From assembly GCA_002633005.1 (NCBI GenBank), contig NMRA01000419.1, positions 218,770 through 282,769 of the forward strand: DNA of 64,000 nt, written 5' to 3'. The stretch comes from Phoronis australis. Taxonomy: Eukaryota > Animalia > Phoronida. A program made the position numbers and the translations under genes. The notes beneath the pieces were generated by a model. It ran no database searches and was not told where the DNA came from. It saw only the letters and a program-made list of their open reading frames with translations. Positions within the stretch are counted from its first letter, which is position 1. Each line of letters opens with the position of its first letter. Shown here in pieces: positions 40,801 through 52,962 of the stretch.

Positions 40801-43800
40801 TGCGTACACATCACAACAAATTATCGGAACTGGTTTCACTTCATTATAAGTTTTTAAAATTTTGATACCGAAAAACCGAATTTCAGAAAAATTTTGCTGC
40901 TGCCAAGCTATCATCATCTCCCAAGAGATGTCGCTAAAATTTAGGAAATGGCGCGTGCGCGTGACACAAGCATACCGTTTTCAAAACGGCGACATACTTT
41001 TCATTGTTATAAAGGGCGGAGAGTTATGCAGGAAAATGACATTTATTGCATTTTTTTCACTTAAACGGCTGTAACGGGCAAGGTGAGTGTCAGTTGATTC
41101 CCAGATTTTGCATGCACCCCGTCCAGTCTGTAGTTTTACATGTTGATACAAGTTTCACGGCGAGGTGACGAGCAGAACTACCCTGGCTGTGTGCAGTTTC
41201 GGGGTCTATGGAAGAATTTATAGGCACGGTAGGCCTATGTCACCTGGACATATTCCATACCTGCTAGTTGGAGCACGTGCATCTCTCCATTGTTTTAGTT
41301 AGACAGTGAAGCTACTTAAACAGCAGATTGTATAAAAGTGTACAGTACATTTTCTTCTTTTATTCCCAATTTCTTGAAATACATTAGAAACCTTGGAAAC
41401 AATCGATATCCAAAATGACGATTCATGGAGGGTAATCACCAAAGAAGATAATCAATGTCATGAATTAAGATAGCAATCGATGATGTCATGTATAAATAAA
41501 TGTAGAAATACTGTTTTCTCTTCTGCAAAAGTTGTCATTTCACATCTTTCTATTTATAGATCACTTCGTTTTGACTCTTCTAAGCTAGCAGTTTTAACTT
41601 GTTAAGGTGTCTAGACTGCTGGTTTACTGAAAACCATCCATTATATTGGCTAGTTCTTAACTAAGTGTGGTTTTTAGTTATGAATCATTTGTTATTTAAC
41701 TTGTAGAATTATCGTCGTGTAGCCGAGGTATGGATGGATGAGTACGCAGAATACTTGTATAAGAGGCGGCCACACTACAGGAATCTGGACCCTGGGGATC
41801 TGACCAAACAAAAGGCAGTGCGCGAGAAACTCAAGTGTAAACCATTCAAGTGGTTCATGCAGCAAGTAGCCTTTGACCTACCAAAGTATTACCCACCTAT
41901 AGAACCACAGCCGTATGCATCTGGTGAAGTAAGAGTTTAGAGCACTAAAGATCTTGTATTGGTGATACTCTATTTCTTTAAATATTTACTGCCCTGTGTC
42001 GATATTGAGTTATGATACCAAACTGTAGAACCAGAACTCAGATGTTAACTGTGTTTTTAATGAACCTATTTGAAATGTGTTAATTCTGTTATAGGGTAGT
42101 GACATTGATACGTGTGTGCTCTTATTCTGTTATAGGGTAGTGACATTGATACGTGTGTGCTCTTATTCTGTTATAGGGTAGTGACATTGATACGTGTGTG
42201 CTCTTATTCTGTTATAGGGTAGTGACATTGATACGTGTGTACTCTTATTCTGTTATAGGGTAGTGACATTGATACGTGTGTACTCTTATTCTGTTATAGG
42301 GTAGTGACATTGATACGTGTGTACTCTTATTCTGTTATAGGGTAGTGACATTGATACGTGTGTACTCTTATTCTGTTATAGGGTAGTGACATTGATACGT
42401 GTGTACTCTTATTCTGTTATAGGGTAGTGACATTGATACGTGTGTACTCTTATTCTGTTATAGGGTAGTGACATTGATACGTGTGTACTCTTATTCTGTT
42501 ATAGGGTAGTGACATTGATACGTGTGTACTCTTATTCTGTTATAGGGTAGTGACATTGATACGTGTGTACTCTTATTCTGTTATAGGGTAGTGACATTGA
42601 TACGTGTGTACTCTTATTCTGTTATAGGGTAGTGACATTGATACGTGTGTACTCTTATTCTGTTATAGGGTAGTGACATTGATACGTGTGTACTCTTATT
42701 CTGTTATAGGGTAGTGACATTGATACGTGTGTACTCTTATTCTGTTATAGGGTAGTGACATTGATACGTGTGTACTCTTATTCTGTTATAGGGTAGTGAC
42801 ATTGATACGTGTGTACTCTTATTCTGTTATAGGGTAGTGACATTGATACGTGTGTACTCTTATTCTGTTATAGGGTAGTGACATTGATACGTGTGTACTC
42901 TTATTCTGTTATAGGGTAGTGACATTGATACGTGTGTACTCTTATTCTGTTATAGGGTAGTGACATTGATACGTGTGTACTCTTATTCTGTTATAGGGTA
43001 GTGACATTGATACGTGTGTACTCTTATTCTGTTATAGGGTAGTGACATTGATACGTGTGTACTCTTATTCTGTTATAGGGTAGTGACATTGATACGTGTG
43101 TACTCTTATTCTGTTATAGGGTAGTGACATTGATACGTGTGTGCTCTTATTCTGTTATAGGGTAGTGACATTGATACGTGTGTACTCTTATTCTGTTATA
43201 GGGTAGTGACATTGATACGTGTGTACTCTTATTCTGTTATAGGGTAGTGACATTGATACGTGTGTGCTCTTATTCTGTTATAGGGTAGTGACATTGATAC
43301 GTGTGTACTCTTATTCTGTTATAGGGTAGTGACATTGATACGTGTGTACTCTTATTCTCCTACAGCTCCGTACGTTGGGAGGAAAGGGTTTATGTGTTGA
43401 CACTAAATTTCGTGGACAGAACGAAAACATTGGCTTGGCCCCTTGTATCAAGGATAATCCAGGCCAAGGGGGCGAACAGGTGAGTCTGGAAAGGTCAGGT
43501 GCATACATCAGTCTGCATGAGCATATAAGTGTATGCACAGTATGCGTAGACTTGACATATGTGATACATGCTAGCATGTGTTAGCACGTGCACGTGTATG
43601 CACCTTCATGCTCCTGCATGTGCACATGTTGCTCCATGCACTTAGTCTAAATCGTGTCATACAATTCGTGGCTACGTGCAATAATGTCACATTAATTTTT
43701 TACTGAAACTCAACAAAATGAATTCTTGATTAAATTTGCCAAAGAATTTATGGCAAACTCATCCAACTTTGGCAAGAGTCTGACAGAGCTCTGTTGGAGT

Positions 43801-46800
43801 CTGACAGACCTCTGTTGAAGTCTGGCAGAGGTCTGTTGAAGTCTGACAGCTCTGTTGAAGTCTGACAGAGGTCTGTTGAAGTCTGTCTAGTTTACATTGA
43901 AAACTACTGCTATATGCAACACGTGTGCATCATGTACATTAATTGCCGTCACCTCTGTGTGTCCGGGCGTCCAGCGTCCGCAGCTGTATCTCCTAAACGC
44001 CTCACAGGATCTTGATGAAATTTGGCAGTTGTGTTCCTACGAAGCTGATGACGGATGACAACGAATTTCGGACTTCTCGGACTACTAGTGTGCTCCCTGA
44101 TGGCAATTTTAGTTTTTACGCCTACCTCTGTATCTTCTGAAGTCCTGGACGTATTTTCATAAAATTTGGAATATAGGCATCTGTTGGTGAGATGAAACTA
44201 TCCTCTCATTTTCGGATGGATTTGACATAGTTTGTACCTCCTAGTGGCCATTTTTACTGTTTTCAAGTCTGCTTTTTGGTGTCCACCCCTCTATCAACCA
44301 GACCGCTCTAAGGATGATTATGAAAATTGGCATGTATGCTCTTACTATGAAGAGGATGACTGACGATGATTTTTCGCTGACTTCGACTACTGTGGCGCCT
44401 CATAGTGCCAGTTTTGTTTTTTTGCGCCCATGGCTGTATATCCTAAACTGTTTGCAGGATCTTTAGTAAACTTGGCAAGTGATGACTTTCGCACGAATCG
44501 AACTACCGGTGCACCCCATAGTGGCAATTTTAGTTTTTTACGTTTACATTTTGTATCTTCAATGGTCCTCGACATATTTTCATAAAAGTTGGAATGTAGG
44601 CATCTATTGGTGAAATGATGCTGTTCTCCCGTTTCGGATGGATTCAAAGTATTTTGCGCATCCTAGTGGCCATTTTTACTGTTTTCGAGCCTGTTTTTTG
44701 GCACATACTCCTCTGTCAACCAAACCACTTTGTGAAAATTGGCATGAATGTTCTTACTATGAAGAAGATGGCTGAAGAGGATTTTCCTACAGCTTTGACT
44801 ACTGTGGCACCTCTCAGTGGCAGTTTTGATTTTTTGTGCCCATTGCTGTATCTCCTAAACTGTTTGTAGGATTTTTACTAAACTTAGCAAGTGTATTTAT
44901 ATGATGTTGACAACGGAGGATGACAACTTTGCACGGATCGAACTATTGGTGCACCTCCTAGTGGCAATTTTACGTTTACATCAGACCTTTAAAGGTCCTC
45001 ATTGTATTTTCATAAAACTTGGAATATAGGCATCTATTGATGAGATGACGCTAATATTCGGTTTTTGGATGGATTCGAGATATTTTGCGCCACCTAGTGG
45101 CCATTTTTACTAAACAGTGTATTTATATGATTTTGACAACGAAGGACGACAACTTTCGCACGGATCTGACCACAAGTGTCCCCCCTAGTGGCTATTTTAG
45201 TTTTTTATGTTTACCTGTGTATATTCAAAGGTCCTCAACGGAGTTTTAAAAAATTTGGAATATAGTCATGTATTATTGGGGTGACGCTATCCTCCCATTT
45301 TCAGGTGGATTCGAGGTATTTTGTGCCACCTAGTTGCCATTTTTATTGTTTTTTGGTGTCCACCCCAAAGCATTCTAAGGAGGATTTTGAAAATTGGCGT
45401 ATATGCTCTCAGTGTGAAGAGAGTGATTACGCTGACAACTTCGATTACTGTGGCACCTCCTAGCGGTGGTTTTGTTTTGTTTTGTGGCCATAGGATCTTT
45501 ATTAAATTTAGTAAGTGTATTTATATGAAGCCTAACAATAGATGACGACTTTAAGGCGCATACTCTGCCCCCAAATGACAATTTCATTTTTTACCGTCTT
45601 TGCTTCTCTGAAGTCCCTTGACAGATTTTTATGAAATTTGGTAAATTATAGCTTTCTATTAAAGAAGCGATGGCATGTTCCGTTTTTTGATGGATTGGAC
45701 GTGTTGCGCCATCTAGTGGCCATTTTTATGATAGAAATAAACAACTCTAGAAGCGCATTGTTTTCGGTGCATTCGTGGGTGCATTTCACCGCTCCGCGTT
45801 GCTCTGGTTTTAACTCTCTTTAGGTTATTGATTTGAATTTAGATTTTCTTAATATGTAACCCAAGTTGGTTGTAGAAAACATGTTTGTTTCTGGTGTTTG
45901 AAATTACTTGTAGTAAATAATTATATAAACACCGATGTTGGCATGTAGATTATATATATTAAATAAACAGAAAAATCAGGGACCCCAACTGGGCATCGAA
46001 TTACAGATCTCTAGATTGCTGGTCTAGTGCTCTTGATCATGTGTAATTGAATTGAACAAGTCAGAGATGTGCGGTTTGTATGCATCGCAAAATTATATAT
46101 TTTGGTACGACTTTGCAGAAACTGGTTCTCTCGTGGCACAAAGATTTACGTCCATTTAAAAGAAACGTGTGCTTCGACGCATCCAGCTCTGTTGACAAGG
46201 CACCTGTGATTCTTTATAGCTGCCATGGTATGAAAGGCAACCAGTTCTTTAAATACAATCTGGTGAGTAGAGATGCGGTACATGCAATTTTTTAGGATCA
46301 TGAATTATGCATGCATCGCCGTGTCGTTTACAGTCTCACTGTTGAGAGGCTTGGGGGTGTGTTTCTCGAAAAGTGACGCGAGTCAGGAATTTGGTCTTAT
46401 GCTTCACTCTCTGTAATTGTGAAGCGGTAGTTTAAGACCAAGTATTTAAGACACTTTTCATGAAATAAACTCTGGTCTTACTGTTCTGAAATTTTTGGAA
46501 AAGTGGTGGTGATGAGCAACTTCACACAGTCATTCACTTGGTGCTGTGGACAAAAGACCCCCTTTTTATGCGCCAACTTAATACTTGTCTGTGCATATTA
46601 CCATGGTAATGATCTCTGTCTAGTCATTTGACATCCGTCTGTCTATGTACCAAACCAACTGCAGTGTCATCATGGAATTTGTTAGGCTCGTTTCTTTGAT
46701 GGGGAGCATTTTTGAACATATCAGAATTACAGTTGTGGCCCGTTATGGTAATTTATTTGTTGTATCTCCCTTTGTATCGTACAGTGCCTTGATGTATCTT

Positions 46801-48178
46801 CATCATCAGTTGTGTCTCCCTTTGTATCGTACAGTGCCTTGATGTATCTTCATCATCAGTTGTGTCTCCCTTTGTATCGTACAGTGCCTTGATGTATCTT
46901 CATCATCAGTTGTGTCCTATGTATTGTTATTCAAGAAAGAGGAGCAACTGTCCATTTTCAGACAGTTCTGATTTGTGTGGTGCCCCCATGTGGCTATTTT
47001 CTTGGCTTTTGTGTCCGCTTGGTCTTATTTTCATACAAATTTGTTGGAAATGGCTTTTTACAACATTTTGGGTTTTGTTGTATAAAATTCCCACACGACC
47101 TGAATGCTTTCCATTTCTTCAAGAATGGTCTTTGGTTTATTTAAGGCCCATGTAGTGAATTTTGAGTTCATTCAATCCTAAACATTTCTAAGAATGATTG
47201 AACTTACTTTATTTTACCCTGACACTCTCTATTGAGACTTGTCTATACACCAGCAGTTGTTGAACTGGTGGTATTGAACATGTTACCAGTTGTGTGGATC
47301 AGATATGAACTGTGTCGGTAAAACATCTTTTAATGAATTTCATGTGTCATTTTATCTGAACTGTTGAATGTGTGTACAGTTGTTGTGTTGCAGTGGGTTA
47401 CTCAGCCTACTAAAACCAATTATTTAGGCTTAGCCTGATTTTGACCTATTGTTGCCGACCTTTTTGTTTTGTTGATGAGTCATGTCACTTGCCTGTAATG
47501 TGCTGTGACTGTTAAGTGTAAGTATGGTGAGAGCAAATCTTATCTTTTCCCGTGCTGTATGTTATTCCCTCTTTTCACCTGAATAATGGCTGTGGCTGTT
47601 AAGTGTAAGTATGGTGAGAGCAAATCTTATCTTTTCCCATGCTGTATGTTATTCCCTCTTTTCACCTGAATAATGGCTGTGGCTGTTAAGTGTAAGTATG
47701 GTGAGAGCAAATCTTATCTTTTCCCGTGCTGTATGTTATTCCCTCTTTTCACCTGAATAATGGCTGTGGCTGTTAAGTGTAAGTATGGTGAGAGCAAATC
47801 TTATCTTTTCCCGTGCTGTATGTTATTCCCTCTTTTCACCTGAATAATGGCTGTGGCTGTTAAGTGTAAGTATGGTGAGAGCAAATCTTATCTTTTCCCG
47901 TGCTGTATGTTATTCCCTCTTTTCACCTGAATAATGGCTGCTCTTGTCACATCTATTCAAGCGATGATATTTTACTTGTGTTTGTTTCCTTGTAGGCTAC
48001 CAAACAGTTGGTTCATCCCATTAGTAGTCAGTGTCTAGACTGTGACACCGGCAGTATGGAAGTGTTCATGTCCAAATGTGACAGTAACAAGGCCAGCCAA
48101 ATGTGGCAGTTTGAGAAAGTCAATACTAAAGAGGTGCAACAACTGTGGAACTCTGGCGAGAACCATATGATCAATTGA
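25645..48178 (+). CDS. GALNT10: Polypeptide N-acetylgalactosaminyltransferase, GALNT10/pgant6/gly-10 subfamily; 12 coding exons, 1839 nt, 612 aa
   Basis: join(25645-25845,28276-28339,34900-35044,35539-35705,37585-37776,38406-38583,39249-39366,40377-40487,41707-41928,43366-43479,46119-46262,47996-48178). All introns are GT-AG with consistent phases. Type II anchor MRRSTKRL+TM, GT-A motif [26 protein letters not shown], and a three-repeat ricin lectin domain. Confidence 0.93.
26121..27135 (+). mobile_element. Helentron/HINE-like element in GALNT intron 1
   Basis: 5' IR ATGCGCCCACATAT/ATATGTGGACGCAT, (TCCG)n tract, internal diverged ~145-bp repeats ending CCTAGTGGC, 3' subTIR TGTGGGCGCAT, hairpin CAATGC-TCT-GCGTTG, then CTTGTTTT. 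Confidence 0.78.
28276..28339 (+). CDS. GALNT10: GALNT10-like exon 2
   Basis: TTTTAG|[22 protein letters not shown]|GTGGGT; KDWH stem motif. Confidence 0.88.
29786..29893. repeat. 27-bp tandem repeat, 4 copies
   Basis: Unit GTATTGCCATCAGCTGACAATGATCAT. Confidence 0.9.
32738..34227. mobile_element. Non-autonomous Tc1/mariner (pogo-like) element, ~1.5 kb, TA TSD
   Basis: TA|CCGTATTCGCCCTTATAAGCGCCC ... GGGTGCTTATTAGGGCAAACGCGG|TA, with subterminal ATAAGCGCCC motifs at both ends; no transposase ORF. Confidence 0.78.
34900..35044 (+). CDS. GALNT10: GALNT10-like exon 3
   Basis: GPGEQGQG...[23 protein letters not shown]; TATAG acceptor, GTAAGT donor. Confidence 0.93.
35539..35705 (+). CDS. GALNT10: GALNT10-like exon 4
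   Basis: [30 protein letters not shown]...EIILADDAS. Confidence 0.95.
35919..37206 (+). mobile_element. Helentron/HINE-like element in GALNT intron 4
   Basis: 5' IR TACTTGGCGGAATT-ATTTG-AATTCCGCCAAGTA, 3' subTIR AATTCCACCAAGT, hairpin CGCTC-CTCC-GAGCG, then TTGTTTT; contains an internal ~105-bp duplication. Confidence 0.7.
37585..37776 (+). CDS. GALNT10: GALNT10-like exon 5 (DxH metal-binding motif)
   Basis: [39 protein letters not shown]. Confidence 0.95.
38406..38583 (+). CDS. GALNT10: GALNT10-like exon 6
   Basis: [46 protein letters not shown]. Confidence 0.95.
39249..39366 (+). CDS. GALNT10: GALNT10-like exon 7 (Gal/GalNAc-T motif)
   Basis: [39 protein letters not shown]. Confidence 0.95.
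39773..40077 (+). other. Second copy of exon 7 and its downstream intron after the N at 39772: probable alternate haplotype, not a real extra exon
   Basis: Starts immediately after the N and lacks its own acceptor; near-identical to 39251-39548 with one synonymous SNP (CTA/CTT). Confidence 0.8.
40377..40487 (+). CDS. GALNT10: GALNT10-like exon 8
   Basis: [37 protein letters not shown]|GTAGGC; an alternative donor lies 27 nt downstream. Confidence 0.92.
41707..41928 (+). CDS. GALNT10: GALNT10-like exon 9
   Basis: [22 protein letters not shown]...[23 protein letters not shown]. Confidence 0.95.
42083..43358. repeat. 41-bp minisatellite, 31 near-identical copies, filling most of GALNT intron 9
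   Basis: Unit TTATTCTGTTATAGGGTAGTGACATTGATACGTGTGTACTC; ATAGGGTAGT runs from 42091 to 43321 in steps of 41. Confidence 0.98.
43366..43479 (+). CDS. GALNT10: GALNT10-like exon 10 (lectin alpha repeat)
   Basis: [38 protein letters not shown]|GTGAGT. Confidence 0.92.
43779..43886. repeat. ~21-bp tandem repeat, 5 copies
   Basis: Unit GTCTGACAGAGGTCTGTTGAA. Confidence 0.85.
43925..45811 (+). mobile_element. Helentron/HINE-like element, same family as 26121-27135, with a longer internal repeat array
   Basis: Shared internal repeats (CCTAGTGGC..., GAAATTTGG...) and shared 3' end GTGGGTGCATTTCACCGCTCCGCGTTGCTCTGGTTTT. Confidence 0.78.
45963..46034 (-). mobile_element. tRNA-derived SINE fragment
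   Basis: The reverse complement AAGAGCACTAGACCAGCAATCTAGAGATCTGTAATTCGATGCCCAGTTGGGGTCCCTGATTTTTCTG matches the unit at 8793-9216. Confidence 0.65.
46119..46262 (+). CDS. GALNT10: GALNT10-like exon 11 (lectin beta repeat)
   Basis: [48 protein letters not shown]. Confidence 0.94.
46760..46916. repeat. 50-bp tandem repeat, 3 copies
   Basis: TGTRTCTCCC at 46761, 46811 and 46861. Confidence 0.92.
47503..47940. repeat. 87-bp tandem repeat, 5 copies
   Basis: GTTAAGTGTAAGTATGG at 47511, 47598, 47685, 47772 and 47859. Confidence 0.95.
47996..48178 (+). CDS. GALNT10: GALNT10-like exon 12 (lectin gamma repeat, stop)
   Basis: [43 protein letters not shown]...MIN*. Confidence 0.93.
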   Translation, partial: ATKQLVHPISSQCLDCDTGSMEVFMSKCDSNKASQMWQFEKVNTKEVQQLWNSGENHMIN

Positions 48179-49033
48179 TGGGCATGGTGGCAAGGTTAGG
48201 CGTGTCTGCGTATTTGTACCCGCTAACTGGTTTGCATGTTATCATTGGTTGGAGTTTTTGCAGCTATCATTTTGCCAAACTTTGTCACAAATTAAGTTAC
48301 ATTTTTTACTGATTTGAACTTGAAGCACAGTAATTGCCTCTATTGTCTAAGACTTGTGACTCAGTGCAATATCCTGACAAACATTGTATTTGATCATTAG
48401 CAGGTAAACTGATGAGTGTATAGAAAGACTTTGTTATCTATAGGTTACCACTTTATTCACAAAAGCAAATATTCATAGATTTGGTTTACTTGCTAGCTGA
48501 CTTATGTTTGCTATGAGTTGGTTTGAGTAGTTACTAGCTATTATTTAGACATGATTATGTAAAGTGTACATAGTGTTGTGTAGGAGATGCTATGTTTACT
48601 TATTGCCATACCGCCGGGGGGGGGGCACATGTTCTCACTGCCTTGATCATTACTTACATGCCACAGAACTGATAACTTGGGATAATTAAAGCTGCTCTGT
48701 ACCACGCTTTCAACACTGTATAAAACATGACTTATAACTGAAATCCTTTGAGCTGTGGGTGTCCTAGCATACCATTGCACTGTTCTGGTGTTGTCCAGGA
48801 AAAAGTTAAAACTATTTTTATAGCTACCATTAACCTGTATTCCATCAATTAATGAACATCTGAATCATAGGGCACATACTCCTATAAAGCTCTTCATACT
48901 CAGATGACAAGTGGTTTTGGAGCTTTCAAAGAACTTCCAGTTCATAATTGCTGGAGACCAAGACTGCCACATAGAATAGTCCGTTGTTGCAACAATTTGG
49001 GTTGGGAAGAAGTAACTAGACTCTATAATGGCT

Positions 49034-50094
49034 TAGAATTTTGCAGACACAACAGGCCATTTGAAATTCACATGCAGGGTCAGTGGAAGTAGTTCTTTTT
49101 GAACTCTGCTCTCAGTCATGCAACTGTCCCAGTTGGACTGTGTAACTAAACACAGCTTGACAAAAAGTTTGCCTTCCTTGCTGACAAGACAAGTGTGTTA
49201 TTGCACCCTGTACATCAGTGAATAGCCAAGCGCAGAATGATGTAGAGTCATTGAGCTTGGACTGGAGTTAAAACGAACCGCCTGTTTTTCCCAGTCCAGA
49301 AAAATCTTTGTAGTAGAGTTAGGGACAGGAACATTGAGACCATTTTTATCACTGTAAGTCGAGGGATGGAAACAGTGTTGGACCTTTTGGATGCATGTGT
49401 GGAGTTTAGGAGTACAGGATTGATAGCATGGATTTGCTGATTCATTACTAGGTTATAGGGATCATAGCCGAAATTTAGAGGCATAGGTTGTCTGATTCAG
49501 GACTAGGTTATAGGGGATCGTAGCCGAAATTTAGAGGCATAGTTTGTCTGATTCAGGACTAGGNTAGAATTTTGCAGACACAACAGGCCATTTGAAATTC
49601 ACATGCAGGGTCAGTGGAAGTAGTTCTTTTTGAACTCTGCCCTCAGCCATGCAACTGTCCCAGTTGGACTGTGTAACTAAACACAGCTTGACAAAAGATC
49701 TGCCTTCCTAGCTGACAATACAAGTGTGTTATTGCCCCCTGTACATCAGTGAATAGCCAAGCGCAGAATGATGTAGAGTCATTGAGCTTGGACTGGAGTT
49801 AAACGAACCGCCTGTTTTTCCCAGTCCAGAAAAATCTTTGTAGTAGAGTTAGGGACAGGAACATTGAGACCATTTTTATCACTGTAAGTCGAGGGATGGA
49901 AACAATGTTGGACCTTTTGGATGCATGTGTGGAGTTTAGGGGTACAGGATTGATAGCATGGATTTGCTGATTCATTACTAGGTTATAGGGGATCATAGCC
50001 GAAATTCAGAGGCATAGGTTGTCTGATTCAGGACTAGGTTATAGGGGATCATAGCCGAAATTTAGAGGCATAGTTTGTCTGATTCAGGACTAGG
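49034..50094. other. ~530-bp duplication across a single N (49564): probable unmerged haplotype overlap; includes a ~55-bp tandem repeat
   Basis: 49034-49563 is nearly identical to 49565-50094, with scattered SNPs. Confidence 0.85.
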
Positions 50095-52582
50095 TTATAG
50101 GGGATCATAGCCGAAATTTAGAGGCATAGGTTGTCTGATTTATGTTTTTATTGTATTTTTGATGGAAAGGCATTTGTGTAGCCACTTAAAACTCGTCCTG
50201 TGTCAGAAGCTCAAATCTGTTACCAAAGTAATTTTAGATTACTTTAATTGTTGTGATACAGTTAGTAATAGTTATCAATTAGGGAGTTTTATTGTTGTTT
50301 AAATGAACTCAGTCGAGTGTGATGCTGTAATTATAATGTGCAATTGTGAATTTTCTTAGGTATTTATTGACAACATTGCAATATGTATACAGGTATAGTG
50401 TATTGGCAATATTGTTATACGTATACAGGTATAGTGTATTGGCAATATTGTTATACGTATACAGATATAATGTATTGGCAATGTTGTTATATGTATACAG
50501 ATATAGTGTGTTGTAGCTTCAGTTTATGATTATATAACATTCACTATGCCATTGTTGCTCTTCCAAGTTTTACCTTTGTTATAGTGTAGATCCTTTGTAC
50601 AGAACCATAATTTGTATTGGTAGTTTTGTTTCCAATATGTGATGATTTTATTCGCTTACCATATTCAACCTGGGTCACTCCCATAATCTGTGAGAAAATA
50701 CATTACTCTGCAAAGTTTTCTCTGAAAGAAACATGAAATGGTTTTTTGGCTCATGCTAACTCTAATATTATCCTAGGAGTGTTAAAAAATGGTGAAAGCA
50801 TTTTCGTAATCAGGATGTACTCATTGTGTGCCTCATGTTTCCAGCCAAAAGATGGGGCTGCATAAAAACTGGGTCAGGCTAGTCAACTACTGTGTCATTG
50901 CTCCATTCTATAGGCTAAGACCCTTACAGCAATGGTTACAATGTGCCAATGTTTATCTCTTGCATGAGAAGTCTGTGGTCAAGGTGGAGCATGAATCTGA
51001 GTGGTGACACCCATCCCCAACTTCTCATTTTTATGGATCATACTTAGCTTAACTCCATCCTCTATTTTTAGTTCCCCACCTTAAGCATCCTGGTGGTAAC
51101 GCTAATAAGTGCGCTGCATACATGTATACTGCATACAAGTATATCTTCTTACTGAGTTCAGTTAGCAGGCATTGTCTCTGAGTCATCACATCTGAGTGTT
51201 GAGAGGTAACTAGTGTAGGCTGTTATGAAAATTTGAGAAGTCTGGATGGGTGTTTACTGGAATGCTCACATAGATAGCTTCACTGTTTTAATGCCCATGA
51301 AACTACACAACCACATCATGGCTCTTCTTCAGTAAAAATTGATCATTTTCCCTCCCAAATGTGGCAAAGTGTCTCTCCCAAACGTGGCAAAGTGTCTCTG
51401 AAGCTGATTGCCATAAGGTAACTTAGTTGCGTATTTTTGGGAGCTAAAATTGTCGTGAGAGGAGCGTTCATAATGACACTTTTAATAAGTCAGCTTGATG
51501 TATGTACTGAGGGGTAGAGTTAAGTTAAGCATGGAGTTTCAAAGTGAAATTTGGGCACTAACCCAGATGAATACGGTAGTCTTCTACCACTACTTAAAGA
51601 CATGTACTTCTACTACTTCTAGTACTTACAGTCAGTCTTCTAATTATAGACTTTACTAATTATAATTGTGGCCCAAACTTACCTGTATAGCAAACTTAAG
51701 TTTTCAGCAGGCAGCCGGAACACATTGGCACTGATGGGCGATATCCCAAATTTTTATGGTATTTAATACTTAAATAGTGTGTGCCCCATATCAAGAAATT
51801 CTACTACTTAACTACTGGTACTTTTATTCAGAGTTCTAATTATAGACTTATTTTACTATTTATATATGTGGCCCAAACTTAGATACATAGCAGACTTTGA
51901 AGTTTTCAGCCAGCAGCCAAAACACTCATGAGCACTTCTGGGTGATATTACAAAATTTTACTGTGTGCACCATATTAAGAAATTCTTACGGGTGCTTTTC
52001 CTTCAGTGTGGTTGTACTGGGTGGCAGGGACAAGTCCTATTCCTTCAGTGGGTTTGTGCTGGATGGCAGGGACTGTCCTGTAGTCTAGTCTAAGGAGCCT
52101 TAGAGCGTGGCGTCCTGACTTGTAGAAATAGATGATTACCTCGAGAAGCAGTTTTTAGTATGGGTGAGGATGCAGTGTGGCATAGTTTTTAAGTGTCCGC
52201 TTCCTTTACTCAAGGTCGTGGGTTCGATAACCACTAGGACACACTGCTAGACCCTTGAGTCAGGTCTCTAACTCTTCAGCTCAGTTTCAACTATATATTA
52301 ACAAAACATAAAATTGGTTCCAGGTGATCAGTGCAATTGGCCAACCTGAGCAACAGCGCACGTCTGGTACACCTTGTACCAGACCGCCTGCAATTAGTAT
52401 TTTATGGGTTACCCACAGTGGCGGATTTAAGGGGGGCCAAGGGGACCATGACCCCCCTAAAATTCTCCCGTATTCCATTTGGCACTTCGGAGGTGCTAAT
52501 GTCTGATGGGCTAATAATCCGGCCTTCCCCCTGACTTACTCCTGGATCATCCCCTGAGACAACCTTTGCATTAGTAGTAGTA

Positions 52583-52962
52583 TTATTATCACCCGCCAAA
52601 TGCTAAGGGGGTTGTGGACATGGTGGCCGTCTGTGTGATTCCATCCTTACAGAGAATAAAAAGTTATACATACAAAGTGCTGTACTGCGTTTTCCTAAAT
52701 TTTGACCTGTTCTTTGATGTTCACGAATCCATGTGAGAAAATTGTTTTTTTCTGTACGTAACTCGTTCTACATTTTAAAAGGGATTTCGGCCAAACTTTC
52801 AAAAACGTATGATTGTGAAGTGCCCGTATCACGTATCATCGCCATTTTGTGATACCTTAGTATTTTCCTAAGTTTTGCCCAGTCGCTCATCTATGAAGTC
52901 TTTTGAGTGCAAGTCCAACACAGTCTTTGGCGGGGATATTTCTGTCTCTGACAGCCTTGTTT
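52583..52962 (+). mobile_element. Short Helentron/HINE-like element
   Basis: subTIRs ATCACCCGCCAAA / TTTGGCGGGGAT and a 3' hairpin CTGTC-TCT-GACAG before CCTTGTTT. Confidence 0.55.
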
